Shown: positions 1 through 11,704, counted from the first letter of the stretch. The stretch: 64,000 nt of DNA from Thecamonas trahens ATCC 50062 (GCF_000142905.1 NW_013657677.1:124001-188000), one strand, 5' to 3'. The notes: generated by a model not told the origin, from the sequence alone. Program-made: numbers and translations.

Positions 1-3000
1 CGAGATCGAGGGTGCAGGCGTAGTTCACATGCTCAACAAGGTCCTCCGCCGAGTCGAACCCGCTGCCAACAACATTGTCCTTTCGCTTGTGGTCGGCGTT
101 GTTGTCGCGATCGTCAAATCGCTGCAGCTGGCCAACTTGAGGAGCCAGCATAAGGAGTTTGTGACGAGCGTGCTCAAAGAGCACAATGCCCTGCACGATG
201 CCGACTGGCGCGGCGCTGCTAGCCTCCTCGCCGCTCTCAACAAGGCGCTTCCAGCACCGCCCGACGGCTGGGTCGCCTCACAGGACGCCCACGCTCTGCG
301 CTCGGTCAAGTCCTCGGCCTCGCTTGCCACGCTCACTCTCGAGACCACCCCGCGCAAGCGCCACATCTCGCTCAGCGCTCCAGCAGACGCCGCAGGCGGT
401 GCCGTCCTCGGTCTCTCGACTTCGCCCGGTGCCGGCGTCAACCTTGTTCGGCCCATCGCCCAGTACCTCGAGGAGATGGAAACCCTCATCCACAACCTCT
501 GCTCGCTGCATTCGCTCAGCAGCCCCGCGCCCGAGCCATCGTGGGGCGCACTTCTTCGCTCCGCCTTTGGCATTCCGCTCTCGCAGGAGGACGCCATCGA
601 GTCCAAGGACAATGCCATCACTGTCATGCGCTTCTACATGACCCACAAACAGCTCTCGTTCCTCCGCGACTATACCACCGCAACCCAGCTCGAGACGCTC
701 CAGCTCGCGTTCAAGGCTGCATCGGCTACGTCGACTTCATCCGACGCCTTTCTGGAGACGCTTTCGGCGACGACCGGCGCGGCGTCAATCCTGTTCCACG
801 GCCATGCCGACGTTTCCACCGCTCAGCTCTTTGCCGAAGCCATCCAGCAGTGCCTCTGCCGCCGCATGCAGCCGCCGTCGCCGCTCGTCTCCATGTTCAG
901 CGGTGTGATGGAGGCACTCCACACCCGCAGCGCAGGCAGCCGAGACAGCTGCAACAAGCTGTCGGCCGCTGCCCTCGTTGTCCGCGACGAGCTCTTCGAC
1001 CTGCCGTGGATCAACCAGTCGCGCGCGCTCCAAGGCCTCGCTGCCGAGCTCGCATGCAAGGTTGAAGCTGCGGCGCCAGGCTCGCTGCCGCTTCCAGCCT
1101 TTAAGGCCTTTACTCATGAGGTGATTCAGGTGCTTTCGGCTCTGTGCGAAGACGTCCGCATCCTTATGGGCCCACCGCCGTTTTCGGCGCCGTTCATGGT
1201 GGTCGGCCTCGACGAGCTGGCGCTCGGCCTCGTCAATCACTCGACAGCCCTCACCGTCGGTGTCATCTACGAAGCTGCGTCGTCCAACACCGAGTACTCG
1301 GCCGCACTCAGCTCTTCGACTGGCGACGTCGATGCGCCGGGCGTGCCGAGCTACAGCGAAGTCCTTGGCGAGTACTTTGCCCGCTTCCTTGCTCTCCTCA
1401 AGATGAAGCTCGAGGCAGCTTGCGTCACACTTGGATCGTCGATCCGACTCGGCATCAAAGCCACGTCAGTCTCCAGTAGCTCGGTGCTTGTTGGCACTAT
1501 TGACTCCATCTCGGACGCCATCCGCACACTCACCGGCCATGTCCGCGATGACCCGCTTGCGGCGCAGCTCGCGCTACTCTGCGACGCTGTTCCGGTCTTT
1601 GCCACCAAGCATGCCGCGACGCTCCTGCCGCGGCTGAATGCTGCGATTGGCGCAGTCCTCAACGGAGCCCACCAGCTGCTGGGCGGGCGCGTCCGCGACG
1701 TCCTTGCCCATGCCGTCCTGCGCGCTGGGCGGCACACGTTTTCACCTGTTCTCTTCGAGTCGTCGTCGCACGCTCTTGACGTCGGTGTCCACCTCGCGGC
1801 TCTGCCGGCGGCTGTCATTCGTGGCCTCACCCTCCGGTTTGGTGTCGAGCAGCCGTATTCGACCCAAGGCCCGCGCATTGTCGGCGGCTCCGCGCTCGAC
1901 CTCGGCGAGCCGTCGTCACCGGTCGGTGAGCCGCTGCCGATGCTAGTCGACGCTGGCCGCGGCGCGAAGGCGGCGAGCGGAGGTGCGGTCGGTCTCTTTG
2001 ACGTCGCTTCGCGGCTGCGGACCATGGAGGACAAGACGCTTATTTCGGCTGGAAACTCGGGCCTCATCTACTCCATCCTTGTCTTTGCAGCCACCCTCAC
2101 TGCCAAGGCTGGCCTCCACTCCCGCACCGTCGGCCAGACGCTTGTCTATGAGACGCAGAGCGAGAAGGACACAAGCGCGCAAGCTGTGGTCTCCGCCGAT
2201 GGAAGCGTCCACATCACACCGGCCTCGTATGTACTTGCATCGAGCACTCAGGAGCAGCTCGAGTGTGTGTTCCACACCCAGCTCCTTCCGCTCTTCCTCA
2301 CAACCTCGGACTTTCTTGTCCGCGAGCGCAAGGCCGGCTACGGCGTGCCGTGGCAGTCGGACGACGGCACGCCTCTCCTCTCCTCGCTCCCGCCAGCCGA
2401 GGGCATGCTTGACAACTCGCGGCATGTGGCCGGGCACATCGCGTTTGCGCTCGCGCCCGCCACCCAGGCCAACGACGTGCTCTCACTCGTTGGTAGCATC
2501 GAGCATGCGCTCCACGACTTTGTCCACGTCTTTCCGCTCCACATTCCGGCAGCTGTGGCGTATCCACGGGCGGCGTCGCTGCAGGCGCAGGTGGCTGAAG
2601 ACGCCCAGGTGCTTGCCGGCGAGTATGGCGAGCTTAATCACGAGTTGCTCACTCAAGCCTGTGCCTGCGAGACGCACCTCGACGAGGCTAGCGACGTCAA
2701 GGCACCCGAGATGCTGCGCAAGGCGCTCGGCGAGTTCACCGATCTCCTCCTCGAGTGGGCCGTCAAGGCACCGCACATGCCGGGCAACATTGCGCCGTCG
2801 CTGGCCAAGGCACCGCTCCTCCTCACCGAGGTCAAGCAGCTCAATAAGTGGCAACATGCGCTATCCGAGTTCCGCAAGCTCTCATGCTTTGATGGACTCG
2901 CCGCCGACATGACCGCGATTGAGCATTCGCTTGGCGAGCTCTCCAAGATCTACTTTTCTCTCCTTGACATGTTCGAGCTCGCGCGTGAGACCGGCGACAA

Positions 3001-6000
3001 TGACGAGGTCGAGACTGTCGTTGCCAAGCACCTTGCGCCGCCGACAGTGTTCAAGGGTGCGCTCTCGGGTGTGCGGGTTCTCAAGAACGAGTGGACCGAC
3101 AAGGTCTTTGGCAGCGAGGGCTTCCTCAACACTGTCGCCGACGGTGTCCGGCGGGTCAACAACGCGCTCGGCTCGGTGTACCTCAAGAACTCGCCGGAGC
3201 TTCCTGGAAACGAGTATGCAGTCGGTCTCCTCTCGCACCTCATCATGGGTGTCAACGCATGTGCGCCGATCACCGAACTGCTCAAGGTCTCGCACGCGCG
3301 CAGAGTTTACGTCACGCTGGCGTCAATCACGGTTCCGGGCGTGTCGCTGGAAAAGGTGATGCGGAGCTCGCCGGCCGTGCTCGACGCCTGGTCAGCGGTC
3401 CAGTACTCGCAGTCGGTGCTGATGGCGATGCTGGTCAATCCGGAAGACGGCAAGCCGGACAACTTTGTGGTCACCCGTGACGGCGAGTCGGGCGCGGTCA
3501 AGGTGGTTTGTATTGACAACGACCATGCGTTTGTGGCGGCGCTTACCAACAAGAAGGGCGGAGGCGGGTCGTCGCCGCGCCGGTCCGGCTCTGGCAACCT
3601 CTCGTCGCCGCGCAACATGCTCAATGCGCGGCACCGCAACTCAATCGACGTAACAAATGGCGTCGGGTCTGCTGGTGACGGAGCTGGGGCACCAGGTGAG
3701 TCCGGCGATCGCGTCTTTGTCAAAACCATCCTGTACTGTTTCGACCGGATGTACGACGCGATTGAGCCATCTGTGGTCGACGCGTTCCTGGCGCTCAATC
3801 CTGGAGCAGTCATCGAGTCGTGGCTGACAGCACTGGCACGGTACAACCAGCGGTTGGAGTGCATGTTCACGCCAGACCAGATTGAGCGGTCGTACCGTGG
3901 CGGGTCCGGCATGCGGCTGCCGTTCTTCATCGCGCCCAAGGCGGTCAAGGTTCTGTACTCCAAGATGTGCCGGATGCAGCGCGAGCTGCGGCTCAACCGC
4001 AAAATGACGCACCTGGAGCTGCTGGCGACTGTCGAGCGGCGACTGGCAATGCGGTATGAGGAGGAGCTCAAGCTGCACGACAAGAGCCCCTACGCGCGGT
4101 TTGCCTCGCTCACTGCTGGCGCTTACCGCAAGATCAAGACATCGCTGGTGACCAAGACGGCCTCGTCGCGAATCTCGTCGGCTATGGTCTGCGCGGCGCT
4201 GCCCAACTCGATTGCGGGCTTTTACGCCAACAACTACGTGCCCGAGGCTGCGCTGGAGGAGCTGTGCCAAGTGACCCGGGTGCGCGAGGACTCACTGGTG
4301 GCGTCTGCGCTCGATGCGCTCTACCGTGGTGATGTGAGCCTACTCGCTGATCTCCCGGCTGTCTCGCTGCAGGAGCAAGTGGTGGCGCAGTACGATTGGG
4401 CGATTCTGGATGCACGGCAGGGCGAGGCGTCGCTATCGAGCTCGTTCAGCTCGTCAAGCTCGTCCAGCTCGGGCTCAAGCTCAGAGAGTGACGGCGATGC
4501 GGCAGGCGGAGCTCGAGTGGTCGACGTGCCGGCCGGCGCCAGCAATGAGGCGCTTGCGGACGTTCTGTGCACGCTCTCGATGCGCCGTCTGGTCATCCGC
4601 GGCGCGTCGTGCCTCACCTCGGGTCGTCTCGCGGCCATTCTCAAGGGCTCACCGGAGCTTGTGGTCCTCGAGCTGTACGGCTGCTCGGGCATCCAGCACG
4701 GCGGCGTGGCGTCAATGGCGCCGCACCTCGAGGTGCTACGGATGCACAACATGGCGGATCTCCGCGATGTGGTCAAGCCGCGCTCGCTGCCTGCTGCGCG
4801 GTACTTTCCGCAGCTGCGGGAGATTTTGCTGGCCGGCAACCCGTTGCTGCAGACAATTGACCTGCCGCGGTACGTAACTGGCCTGGCCGAGTCGTTGGAA
4901 GTGCCAAACGTGCGTGTGCGCGGCGAGGCGTTTTCACCGGAAATGCTGCGGCTTCTCCTGGAGATGCGGGCCGAGTCGCACTCGCCGTCGATGGAAGGCG
5001 CAAGTGACCCCGAGGCCGAGGCGTACATCCGGGCCGAGCTTGGCGACGTCGGCACGTCGTTTGAGCCATCGCCTGGCATCATTACCAACTGGGAGGTGCT
5101 CGGCGAGGCGCTCAGCTCATCGACTTCGCTCACCCGGCTGGTGCTCAAGCAGCAGGCGCTCGAGCAGACCGGAGTGGCGGTGCTGGCCAAGATCCTGCGA
5201 TCGCGGTCGGTGCGGTGGAAGCATCTCGCGCTGCAAGAGTGTGGGCTGAACGACCGACTGGCGTCGGAGCTTGTGGACACGCTGCGGACGCGGGCTGGAG
5301 TAACGCCGGGCGGGATTCGGCGGCCGCGCGGCGAGAGCGCCGGGAGTGCAGTCTCCGGTGTGCTCAGCATCCTCGATCTGCGGTACAATGCGCTCGGAGG
5401 ACACGCGGCACGGTCGCTGCGCAACCTGCTGCGAGCAACGCCTGAGACGAGTCGTGTGGCGCTTCGCGAGCTGAATCTGCGGTACAACGCGCTTGGCGAC
5501 AGCGGAGTCCAGGTGCTGGCGGACGCGCTGGTGGGCTCACGGCTCGAAGTGCTCAACCTCGACCGCAATGGGGTGACCTACCGTGGCGCGTCGGCGCTGG
5601 CCGCCGTGCTGGCGAATCCTGGCTGCCCGCTCACCTCGCTCTCGCTCTTCAACAACGAGCTGGGTGACGCCGGCGTGGCAGTCCTTGCCTCGGCCGGGCT
5701 GGCTAACAACCAGCGACTCAAGTCGCTTACGCTGCGCAAGACCGGAGCGGGCGCCGACGCGGCATCCCAGCTGGGTGTGGCGCTGCAGGCCAACACGTCG
5801 CTGACATACCTAGACCTCGACGACAACGGGCTCGGCGACCGCGGAATCGCGCTGCTGGCAGACGGGCTCTTCTTTAACAGCGGCTCACTGCGCGAGCTCA
5901 AGCTCCAGTTCAACGACGTTGGCGAGGCTGGAGCAGCGGCGCTGTTCAAGGCACGCAACGGACGGCTCTCGCTGAGCCATCTCGATCTTGGGCACAACGC

Positions 6001-6559
6001 ACTCGGCGCTGATGGGGCGCGGCTGGTGGCGCATGGGCTTCTCGACAACACCGCGCTGCAGTGGCTTTCGGTTCGAGCCAACGGCCTGGGCGACGTGGGA
6101 GCGGACCACATGACGATGGCGATCACGACGTCGCGAACGCTAATTGTGCTCGACATGTCGGCCAATGGCATCTCGCCACGCGGCGCCGAGGTGGTGGCAG
6201 CTGCAGTCGAGTCGCGGGTCCCAGGCTCGGCGCTCACCGAGCTCAACCTCCGTGACAACGCGGTCGGCTTTGCCGGCATGCGGTCGCTCCTCAAATCGTC
6301 GCGCGGCAAGCCGCTCGTCTCGTGGCTCTCGTCATCGGTCGACGCCTCGGTCCGCAGTGACGGCGGCAGCGAAGACCAAGACGCAGCAACAACCGCGGCC
6401 ATGGCGCGGCTCTCGCTCACCGCCTCGCCGTCCAAGTACTCGGTATCGCCGGGAATCGCCAGCGCCAACCGCAGCCTCGACGGCGCCGCACGGTTGTTTG
6501 ACCAGGGCGAGGCCGAGTGCAGCGAGGTCAACCACTCAGTGGTGGTCAAGCTTGAATAG
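1..6559 (+). CDS. Large protein, 5'-truncated by the window: helical N-terminus, atypical (PI3K/PI4K/HipA-like) kinase-like domain, C-terminal RNI-type leucine-rich repeats
   Basis: The 2176-aa ORF 29..6559 stays open back to position 2. Motifs VYLK..P..EYA (~3177), DGKPDN (3446-3463) and IDND (~3512). Many LxxLxLxxNxLGxxG repeats at ~5080-6290. Confidence 0.8.
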   Translation, partial: EIEGAGVVHMLNKVLRRVEPAANNIVLSLVVGVVVAIVKSLQLANLRSQHKEFVTSVLKEHNALHDADWRGAASLLAALNKALPAPPDGWVASQDAHALRSVKSSASLATLTLETTPRKRHISLSAPADAAGGAVLGLSTSPGAGVNLVRPIAQYLEEMETLIHNLCSLHSLSSPAPEPSWGALLRSAFGIPLSQEDAIESKDNAITVMRFYMTHKQLSFLRDYTTATQLETLQLAFKAASATSTSSDAFLETLSATTGAASILFHGHADVSTAQLFAEAIQQCLCRRMQPPSPLVSMFSGVMEALHTRSAGSRDSCNKLSAAALVVRDELFDLPWINQSRALQGLAAELACKVEAAAPGSLPLPAFKAFTHEVIQVLSALCEDVRILMGPPPFSAPFMVVGLDELALGLVNHSTALTVGVIYEAASSNTEYSAALSSSTGDVDAPGVPSYSEVLGEYFARFLALLKMKLEAACVTLGSSIRLGIKATSVSSSSVLVGTIDSISDAIRTLTGHVRDDPLAAQLALLCDAVPVFATKHAATLLPRLNAAIGAVLNGAHQLLGGRVRDVLAHAVLRAGRHTFSPVLFESSSHALDVGVHLAALPAAVIRGLTLRFGVEQPYSTQGPRIVGGSALDLGEPSSPVGEPLPMLVDAGRGAKAASGGAVGLFDVASRLRTMEDKTLISAGNSGLIYSILVFAATLTAKAGLHSRTVGQTLVYETQSEKDTSAQAVVSADGSVHITPASYVLASSTQEQLECVFHTQLLPLFLTTSDFLVRERKAGYGVPWQSDDGTPLLSSLPPAEGMLDNSRHVAGHIAFALAPATQANDVLSLVGSIEHALHDFVHVFPLHIPAAVAYPRAASLQAQVAEDAQVLAGEYGELNHELLTQACACETHLDEASDVKAPEMLRKALGEFTDLLLEWAVKAPHMPGNIAPSLAKAPLLLTEVKQLNKWQHALSEFRKLSCFDGLAADMTAIEHSLGELSKIYFSLLDMFELARETGDNDEVETVVAKHLAPPTVFKGALSGVRVLKNEWTDKVFGSEGFLNTVADGVRRVNNALGSVYLKNSPELPGNEYAVGLLSHLIMGVNACAPITELLKVSHARRVYVTLASITVPGVSLEKVMRSSPAVLDAWSAVQYSQSVLMAMLVNPEDGKPDNFVVTRDGESGAVKVVCIDNDHAFVAALTNKKGGGGSSPRRSGSGNLSSPRNMLNARHRNSIDVTNGVGSAGDGAGAPGESGDRVFVKTILYCFDRMYDAIEPSVVDAFLALNPGAVIESWLTALARYNQRLECMFTPDQIERSYRGGSGMRLPFFIAPKAVKVLYSKMCRMQRELRLNRKMTHLELLATVERRLAMRYEEELKLHDKSPYARFASLTAGAYRKIKTSLVTKTASSRISSAMVCAALPNSIAGFYANNYVPEAALEELCQVTRVREDSLVASALDALYRGDVSLLADLPAVSLQEQVVAQYDWAILDARQGEASLSSSFSSSSSSSSGSSSESDGDAAGGARVVDVPAGASNEALADVLCTLSMRRLVIRGASCLTSGRLAAILKGSPELVVLELYGCSGIQHGGVASMAPHLEVLRMHNMADLRDVVKPRSLPAARYFPQLREILLAGNPLLQTIDLPRYVTGLAESLEVPNVRVRGEAFSPEMLRLLLEMRAESHSPSMEGASDPEAEAYIRAELGDVGTSFEPSPGIITNWEVLGEALSSSTSLTRLVLKQQALEQTGVAVLAKILRSRSVRWKHLALQECGLNDRLASELVDTLRTRAGVTPGGIRRPRGESAGSAVSGVLSILDLRYNALGGHAARSLRNLLRATPETSRVALRELNLRYNALGDSGVQVLADALVGSRLEVLNLDRNGVTYRGASALAAVLANPGCPLTSLSLFNNELGDAGVAVLASAGLANNQRLKSLTLRKTGAGADAASQLGVALQANTSLTYLDLDDNGLGDRGIALLADGLFFNSGSLRELKLQFNDVGEAGAAALFKARNGRLSLSHLDLGHNALGADGARLVAHGLLDNTALQWLSVRANGLGDVGADHMTMAITTSRTLIVLDMSANGISPRGAEVVAAAVESRVPGSALTELNLRDNAVGFAGMRSLLKSSRGKPLVSWLSSSVDASVRSDGGSEDQDAATTAAMARLSLTASPSKYSVSPGIASANRSLDGAARLFDQGEAECSEVNHSVVVKLE

Positions 6560-6620
6560 CTACCTCGATGAGTTCTGTTGCCAGGTTAAAGACTGACGAC
6601 CGCCAGCATTGACTTGGTTG

Positions 6621-6872
6621 TCACGCCGACGGCTGCGATGAGGCGATAGACTGGACCGATGCACGCTTGAGAGTGCGGAGATGCTTGCGACCGTCACGGA
6701 TGGAGCGCTCGATGCGGTTAAAGGCGGTGCGCGGCATGGAGCGGCCGGCCTCAAACCGGGCCCGGACGTGGGCTTGCATGGCCGGTTGGGCCTCGAGTGG
6801 CTTGGTGCGAATGACTCTCAGAAAGGCCCGGTACAGCCCGAGCACCTCCAGTTGGAGTCCCGAGTACCGCAT
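6621..6872 (-). CDS. SDHAF1: LYR-motif protein, succinate dehydrogenase assembly factor 1 (Sdh6)-like, 83 aa
   Basis: MRYSGLQLEVLGLYRAFLR...RARF...IE...GRK.L matches the SGLQxxVLxLYR signature. ATG at 6872 within ORF 6621..7340. Confidence 0.8.
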   Translation of the reverse strand: MRYSGLQLEVLGLYRAFLRVIRTKPLEAQPAMQAHVRARFEAGRSMPRTAFNRIERSIRDGRKHLRTLKRASVQSIASSQPSA

Positions 6873-6999
6873 GCCGATAGCTGACAGTATGGGTGGGAGA
6901 GTGGGGTGAGGGGCGAGTGACACGCTGACGCTGACGCGCACCGATGGCTGACGGCAGGGGGGGGGGGGGGGGGGGTCTGATTTATCTGGTGGGGATCCG

Positions 7000-7955
7000 C
7001 TACAATGTGGCGCGGAGGCGCTCGACATAGGCGCGGACAACACGCTCGTACTCCTTCTTGTCGTCGCGGAAGGAGACCCAAGCAGCTTCCTGGGCCGGAT
7101 CCTGGATGTTGGGCTCGGTGAGGAGGGTCTGGATGCCGAGGAGGATCTGCTTGATGGTGATCGACGGCGACCAGCCCTTGTCCTCAGCGAGAATGGAGAG
7201 GCAGACCTTGCCCGAAGGGTACACGTTGGGGTGGAAAAGCGGCGGGTTAAACCGGGCCACCGGCGGCTTGGACGGGTAGTCTTCGCCAAAGGTGAGGGTG
7301 AGCTTGAACACACCTCCCTCCCAGATCGATCCCTCGGCACCAGGGATTCCGCAGTTCCACGTCAGCATGTCCAATGTCCCATCCTCCAGCTTGCGTGGCT
7401 TGGCAAAGAAGCTCTATTGACCACCCGTGATCCCGCCATCGCCCGTCCCCATCATCGTGCCGCACACACAGCCACGCCATCGTCCACCGTCCGTCCATCG
7501 CGCACAGGCCAATCGACCGCATGGCAGCACAGCACAGCACATACCACAACAACAAGTGCACAGCATCCCACGTCATCATTAAGTCAGTAAGAGCATGATC
7601 ATGATCATGATCATCACCCCACTGCCTTTCCCCATGCCCCTGTTGGTGTTCCTGACGGTGTCCCTGTCGTCTCGGGTCCCTGTGTCCCTGCTGACGCACC
7701 AGCCAGCCACACACAGCCACACACAGCCAGCCACACACACAGCCATACACACAGCCATACATACACATAGCCACGCACACATATACTCTCTCTCTCTCTC
7801 TTTCTCTCTCTTCCTTCCCCCCCCCCCCCCCCATCCTCCCCCACCACCACACCCGCCACCACCACCACCAGCACCTCTCCACGTACATGCGGGTGGTCCT
7901 TCCGCCAGCGCTTGCGCTCTTGCGTAAGTCTTCCCCGTGCAATGCCTGAAGCCAT
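7000..7955 (-). CDS. UBC9: SUMO-conjugating E2 enzyme Ubc9; exons 7955-7887 and 7413-7000, 160 aa
   Basis: [23 protein letters not shown] joins SFFAKP...[21 protein letters not shown] donor and TAG acceptor are in phase 0. Confidence 0.95.
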
Positions 7956-8169
7956 GATCACTACAGGTCTTCTGTTGGTCCACTGTATCAGTACGAGTGC
8001 GGTGGGTGGCGGTGGCAGTGAGTGCGACTCGGTCCGGTGACGGGCCATGGAGCGACGACGACGAGACACTGACTCGCGCGGCGATGGTAGAGGGAGAAGG
8101 AAGAGGTGGGAGAAAAAGAAAAGGTTCAATTTCCCAAGCCTTGGTTGTGGTCGATGGGGACTACCTTAA

Positions 8170-9383
8170 CTACTCGTCGGCGTCGTAGACGGAGACCTGC
8201 GGCATGTGGAAGTGATGGGCCTCATCCTGATCCATGACAAAGTGGAGAACACCCTTGCCGTGGACAACCTCGCAAGTGCCGGCCGAGCGCCAGAGGGCGG
8301 AGAGGAAGTCGCCAAATGAGTTGCCGCGCTGAACGTAGTACTTGCCGAGCGCCTCCTTGACGTACGGGGTGCCTCAAGGGCGTTGTAGAAGGGCATGGAG
8401 GAGAAGATGTGGTGGACGACGTGCGAGTCGGTGATGTGGTGGGTCTTGTAGTCAAGCCACGGGCCGAGAGTGCGGTCAACGGTAGCAACCGCGCCGCGGA
8501 GCCAGGTCCAGGTCTCGGCGTCATAGTGCGGGACGTCCGGGTCGGTGTGCTGGAGGAAGGTGATCGAAACGAGGAACATGTTGCAGATGGCAAGCGGGAT
8601 GACGTAGGTGCGGACAACGAGGGCGGTGCCAAAGGCGTAGCAGGCCCAAACGATGGCGGCGGTCCAGACAAGGAGGCCGGCGTTGCCGAGCCAGATCTTC
8701 CACGAGTGGCGGCGCTTGACGAGCGGGGTGGCCGGGTCGTAGTGTGAGACGACGCCGTCCGCCGCCGGGCCTGAAGCGTTGACCGCGAGGTAGAGCGGCC
8801 AGCCAATGGTCTCCATGATGAGGACGTTGGTGAGGGTGTGGAAGAACGAAGGCGGGGAGATCGAGTCGACGGCCTTGACAGGTGCGCCGGCCGCCTCGAG
8901 GGCAACCACCTCGTCGTCGCGGAGGCGCGAGGGGACAAAGGGCTCATCCATGGTCAGATGGTTGGTGTAGTGGTGGTGCTTCGAGTGCGATGCCTGCCAC
9001 GCGGCGTAAGGAACCATGAGCGCGGTATGGACGAGGTAGCCGACGGTATCGTTGACGATGGTGTAGTCAGAGAAGCCGCCATGGCCACACTCATGGGCGA
9101 GGACCCAGAGGCCGGTAAAGGTGGGGCCCTGGAAGGCCCAGTAGGCAGCATAGAGAGCCCAGAACGCAAGCGGGTTCTCCACCTTTTCAATGAGGAAGAG
9201 AGCCACCGCAAGAGCAAGGCCACCTTCCACAAGATCCACGCAGAGGTGGAACATGGAGCGGAGGAGCGAGCGCTGGAAGAGGTGCGGCGGGATGGCCCGC
9301 TTGAGGTCTCCCACCTTCAGCCCGTCCTTGGGAAGGACGGGCACGGGCTTCTGCGTCAGCGGCACCACACGAGGCGTTGCCAT
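8170..9383 (-). CDS. Delta-12/omega-6 fatty acid desaturase (FAD2-type); one base apparently missing near 8372
   Basis: Three His boxes: HECGH, HSKHH, HVVHH. After YNALEA the natural continuation TPYVKEALGKYY... lies in the -1 frame and stops at 8170. Confidence 0.9.
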
Positions 9384-9939
9384 TTCTCAACTAAAGTGCA
9401 ACAAGGAGTGCGAGGGAAGAGAGTTAACGAACTGTGTGTCCGTCAGAGGAGTGGTGCCGTCCTCTTACCCCCCCCCCCCCCCTCCCTCTCCTCGGACTTG
9501 TGTGGATGGCTGTCAAACGTTGCCGCAGGTGCCACGTCGCTGCGGATGAAACGAAATAGAGTGCTGAAAAAGAGGGCGAAATGGCGCGTAGAAGCCAGGA
9601 GGGACGTGGGTGACTGGGTTAGTTTCGGCAACCATGATTTTTGCCACGGTGTTGTTGCACAGATGAACTTGCACATCGATGAATCACGGAGAGGTAGGAT
9701 CAATTGAAGTTGGGGGAGGGAGGGAGGAGGGGGAGGGGGCGGTGGGGGACTCTCGGAGCTCTGGTTGGATGCTAATCGAGTGGAGATCGTAGTGGGCGAC
9801 GGGACATCGGCAACGTGGCTAACCGCGTTCTGGCAGACGCAAGACCGCTGAGATGCGGGTAGCGGGAGGTGGAAGCGGGCAGGGGCGGAGGGAGACAAAA
9901 TCAAGAGCTTCATGGGGAGGGGGTAAGACCACAACTGCT

Positions 9940-11704
9940 TCACGCAGCCATGGCAGCGGTGAGGATGGCGGCAAAGTTGGGGGTGCCGAGGCCGGACGCC
10001 GGGTCCCAACCCTTGGTGGCCTCAAAGCCATACTTTGTGCCGTCGTCGTTCTTGCCCTGGGTGATGTCGTTAAAAGCCTCGGGATGGGCATAGAGGAACG
10101 GGTTGAGGAAGCCAAGCGGGCGCGAGCCAGCGTTGATGAGGTGGGCGTTGACGTTAGCGATGATACCGGCAAAGGTCGGAGAAGCAGCGCTGGTGCCGGA
10201 GACCGGCTCGCGGATGAGACCCATGACGACCTCAAAGTCGACACCGAGGGCGGAGACGTCCGGAAAGCCCGTGCCGTGCGAGTCGTAGTAAGCGACAGGC
10301 GGGAGATCGACACCCGACGCAAAGTAGGCGTGGATGGCGTCGACCTGCCACGGAGCCTCGGTCGCCGACGCAAAGTACTTGGACGGAGCAAAGCCGCCGC
10401 CGGACCAGTCAGTGCACGAGTTCTCGTCACCCGAGTCGGTCATCTGGGTGGCCCCGACGGCGGTGACCGCCGGCAGCGACGCAGGGTATGTGGGGTAGAA
10501 GATGCCGCCGGTCGGGTGGCCGCGCGAGTACACGCCGGTATCGCCGGCGGCCGCAATCTGGGTCACGCCGAGCGAGCCGAACTTCTGCAGCTCGGCGTTG
10601 TACTGCTGAGCCTCCGAAACCGAGATGGTCTCGATGGCCTCGCCGTAAGACATCGACCACACCAGCGGGATGTCGCTCGATGCGAGCACGTCCTGCGCCC
10701 ACTTGACAAGGTTGAACGAGAGGCCGGACTGGAGCCACATCTCAGCCTCGACGCCCTGCGCGAGTGCCATGATGTACTGGATGTCGAGGTTGGCCTCAGT
10801 GTGGCCGAGCCCGTCGTTGGGACCCACCACCTTGGACACCTTTTGCTCGGCAAGCTTAAAGTCGCGCTGGAACCGGGTAAGGTCACGGGGCGAGAACGAC
10901 TGATGCTCAAACTCGGCGCACGCCATCGTCAGGTTTGCCACCTTGGGCGCAGGCTCGGTCACGTTGTAGTGCTTGTACAGCAGCTGCGGCGTGACCTTGG
11001 GCGTGCCAAGGGACACTCCCGACTCGCGCCGCGACCGGCGCGCACCGAGCGTGACAGGGAACGAGGTCAGGCCGACGACGGCAGTGACCAGCGGCGCGAC
11101 AGTCGTCGGCACCGTCACCGCCTCGAGCGTTCGCAGAATGCGCGCGTCCGAGTCGTCCGTGGCCCAGGTAAAAGCCTCGATCTTGGCGCCAAACAGAGTC
11201 TCGGCCTGAGCCACCGTCATGGTCGTCTCGAGCCAGTCGCCCGTTGCCGTCAGCCGCGGCTCGGCCCCGGCCTCGGCCATCCAGGCAGCAACAGCCTGCA
11301 CATCAAGCTTGTCAGCAGCCACAGCAGCAATCAGCTCCTTCCGGCTCCAGAAGTTGCGGTAGTCGGGCGATGCCGGGTCACTGTCCATCTCGCGTGATGA
11401 TGAGTGTAGGGGGGGAGGTGGTCTGGGGGAAGGGGGGGGGGGGGGGGGGTACGTACGACACAGCGAAGAACTTGGCGCGAAGGGCACGGCCACCATCAGG
11501 AGCACGGAGGCCGACCATGACAGTGATGCGTTCGGCCGGAGTGGGGCTGCCAGCTTGGAGCCACAGCTCGGGCGTCTGGGCCATGGAGGACCAGGTGGAG
11601 GAGGCGTCGGTGCGGGAGCACATGGCAATGCAAGTCCTGTCCTCGGCAGAGGCCGCAGTGGCAAGGGCAAGGGCCACACCAGCAATGAACACAAGTACCT
11701 TCAT
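9940..11704 (-). CDS. TPP1: Tripeptidyl-peptidase I / sedolisin (S53) with signal peptide and prodomain; exons 11704-11457 and 11380-9940
   Basis: Signal MKVLVFIAGVALALA. The splice junction restores VSDPASPDY. Catalytic motifs EANLD, AGDTG, GTSAASP. C-terminal GWDPASGLGTPNF. Confidence 0.92.

Noticed and set aside
7247-8129. ORFs with poly-G/W/C or poly-P translations
   Set aside because: Translations of low-complexity UBC9 intron and leader sequence.
9853-11397. 514-aa + strand ORF
   Set aside because: Antisense to TPP1; a product of stop-codon scarcity.
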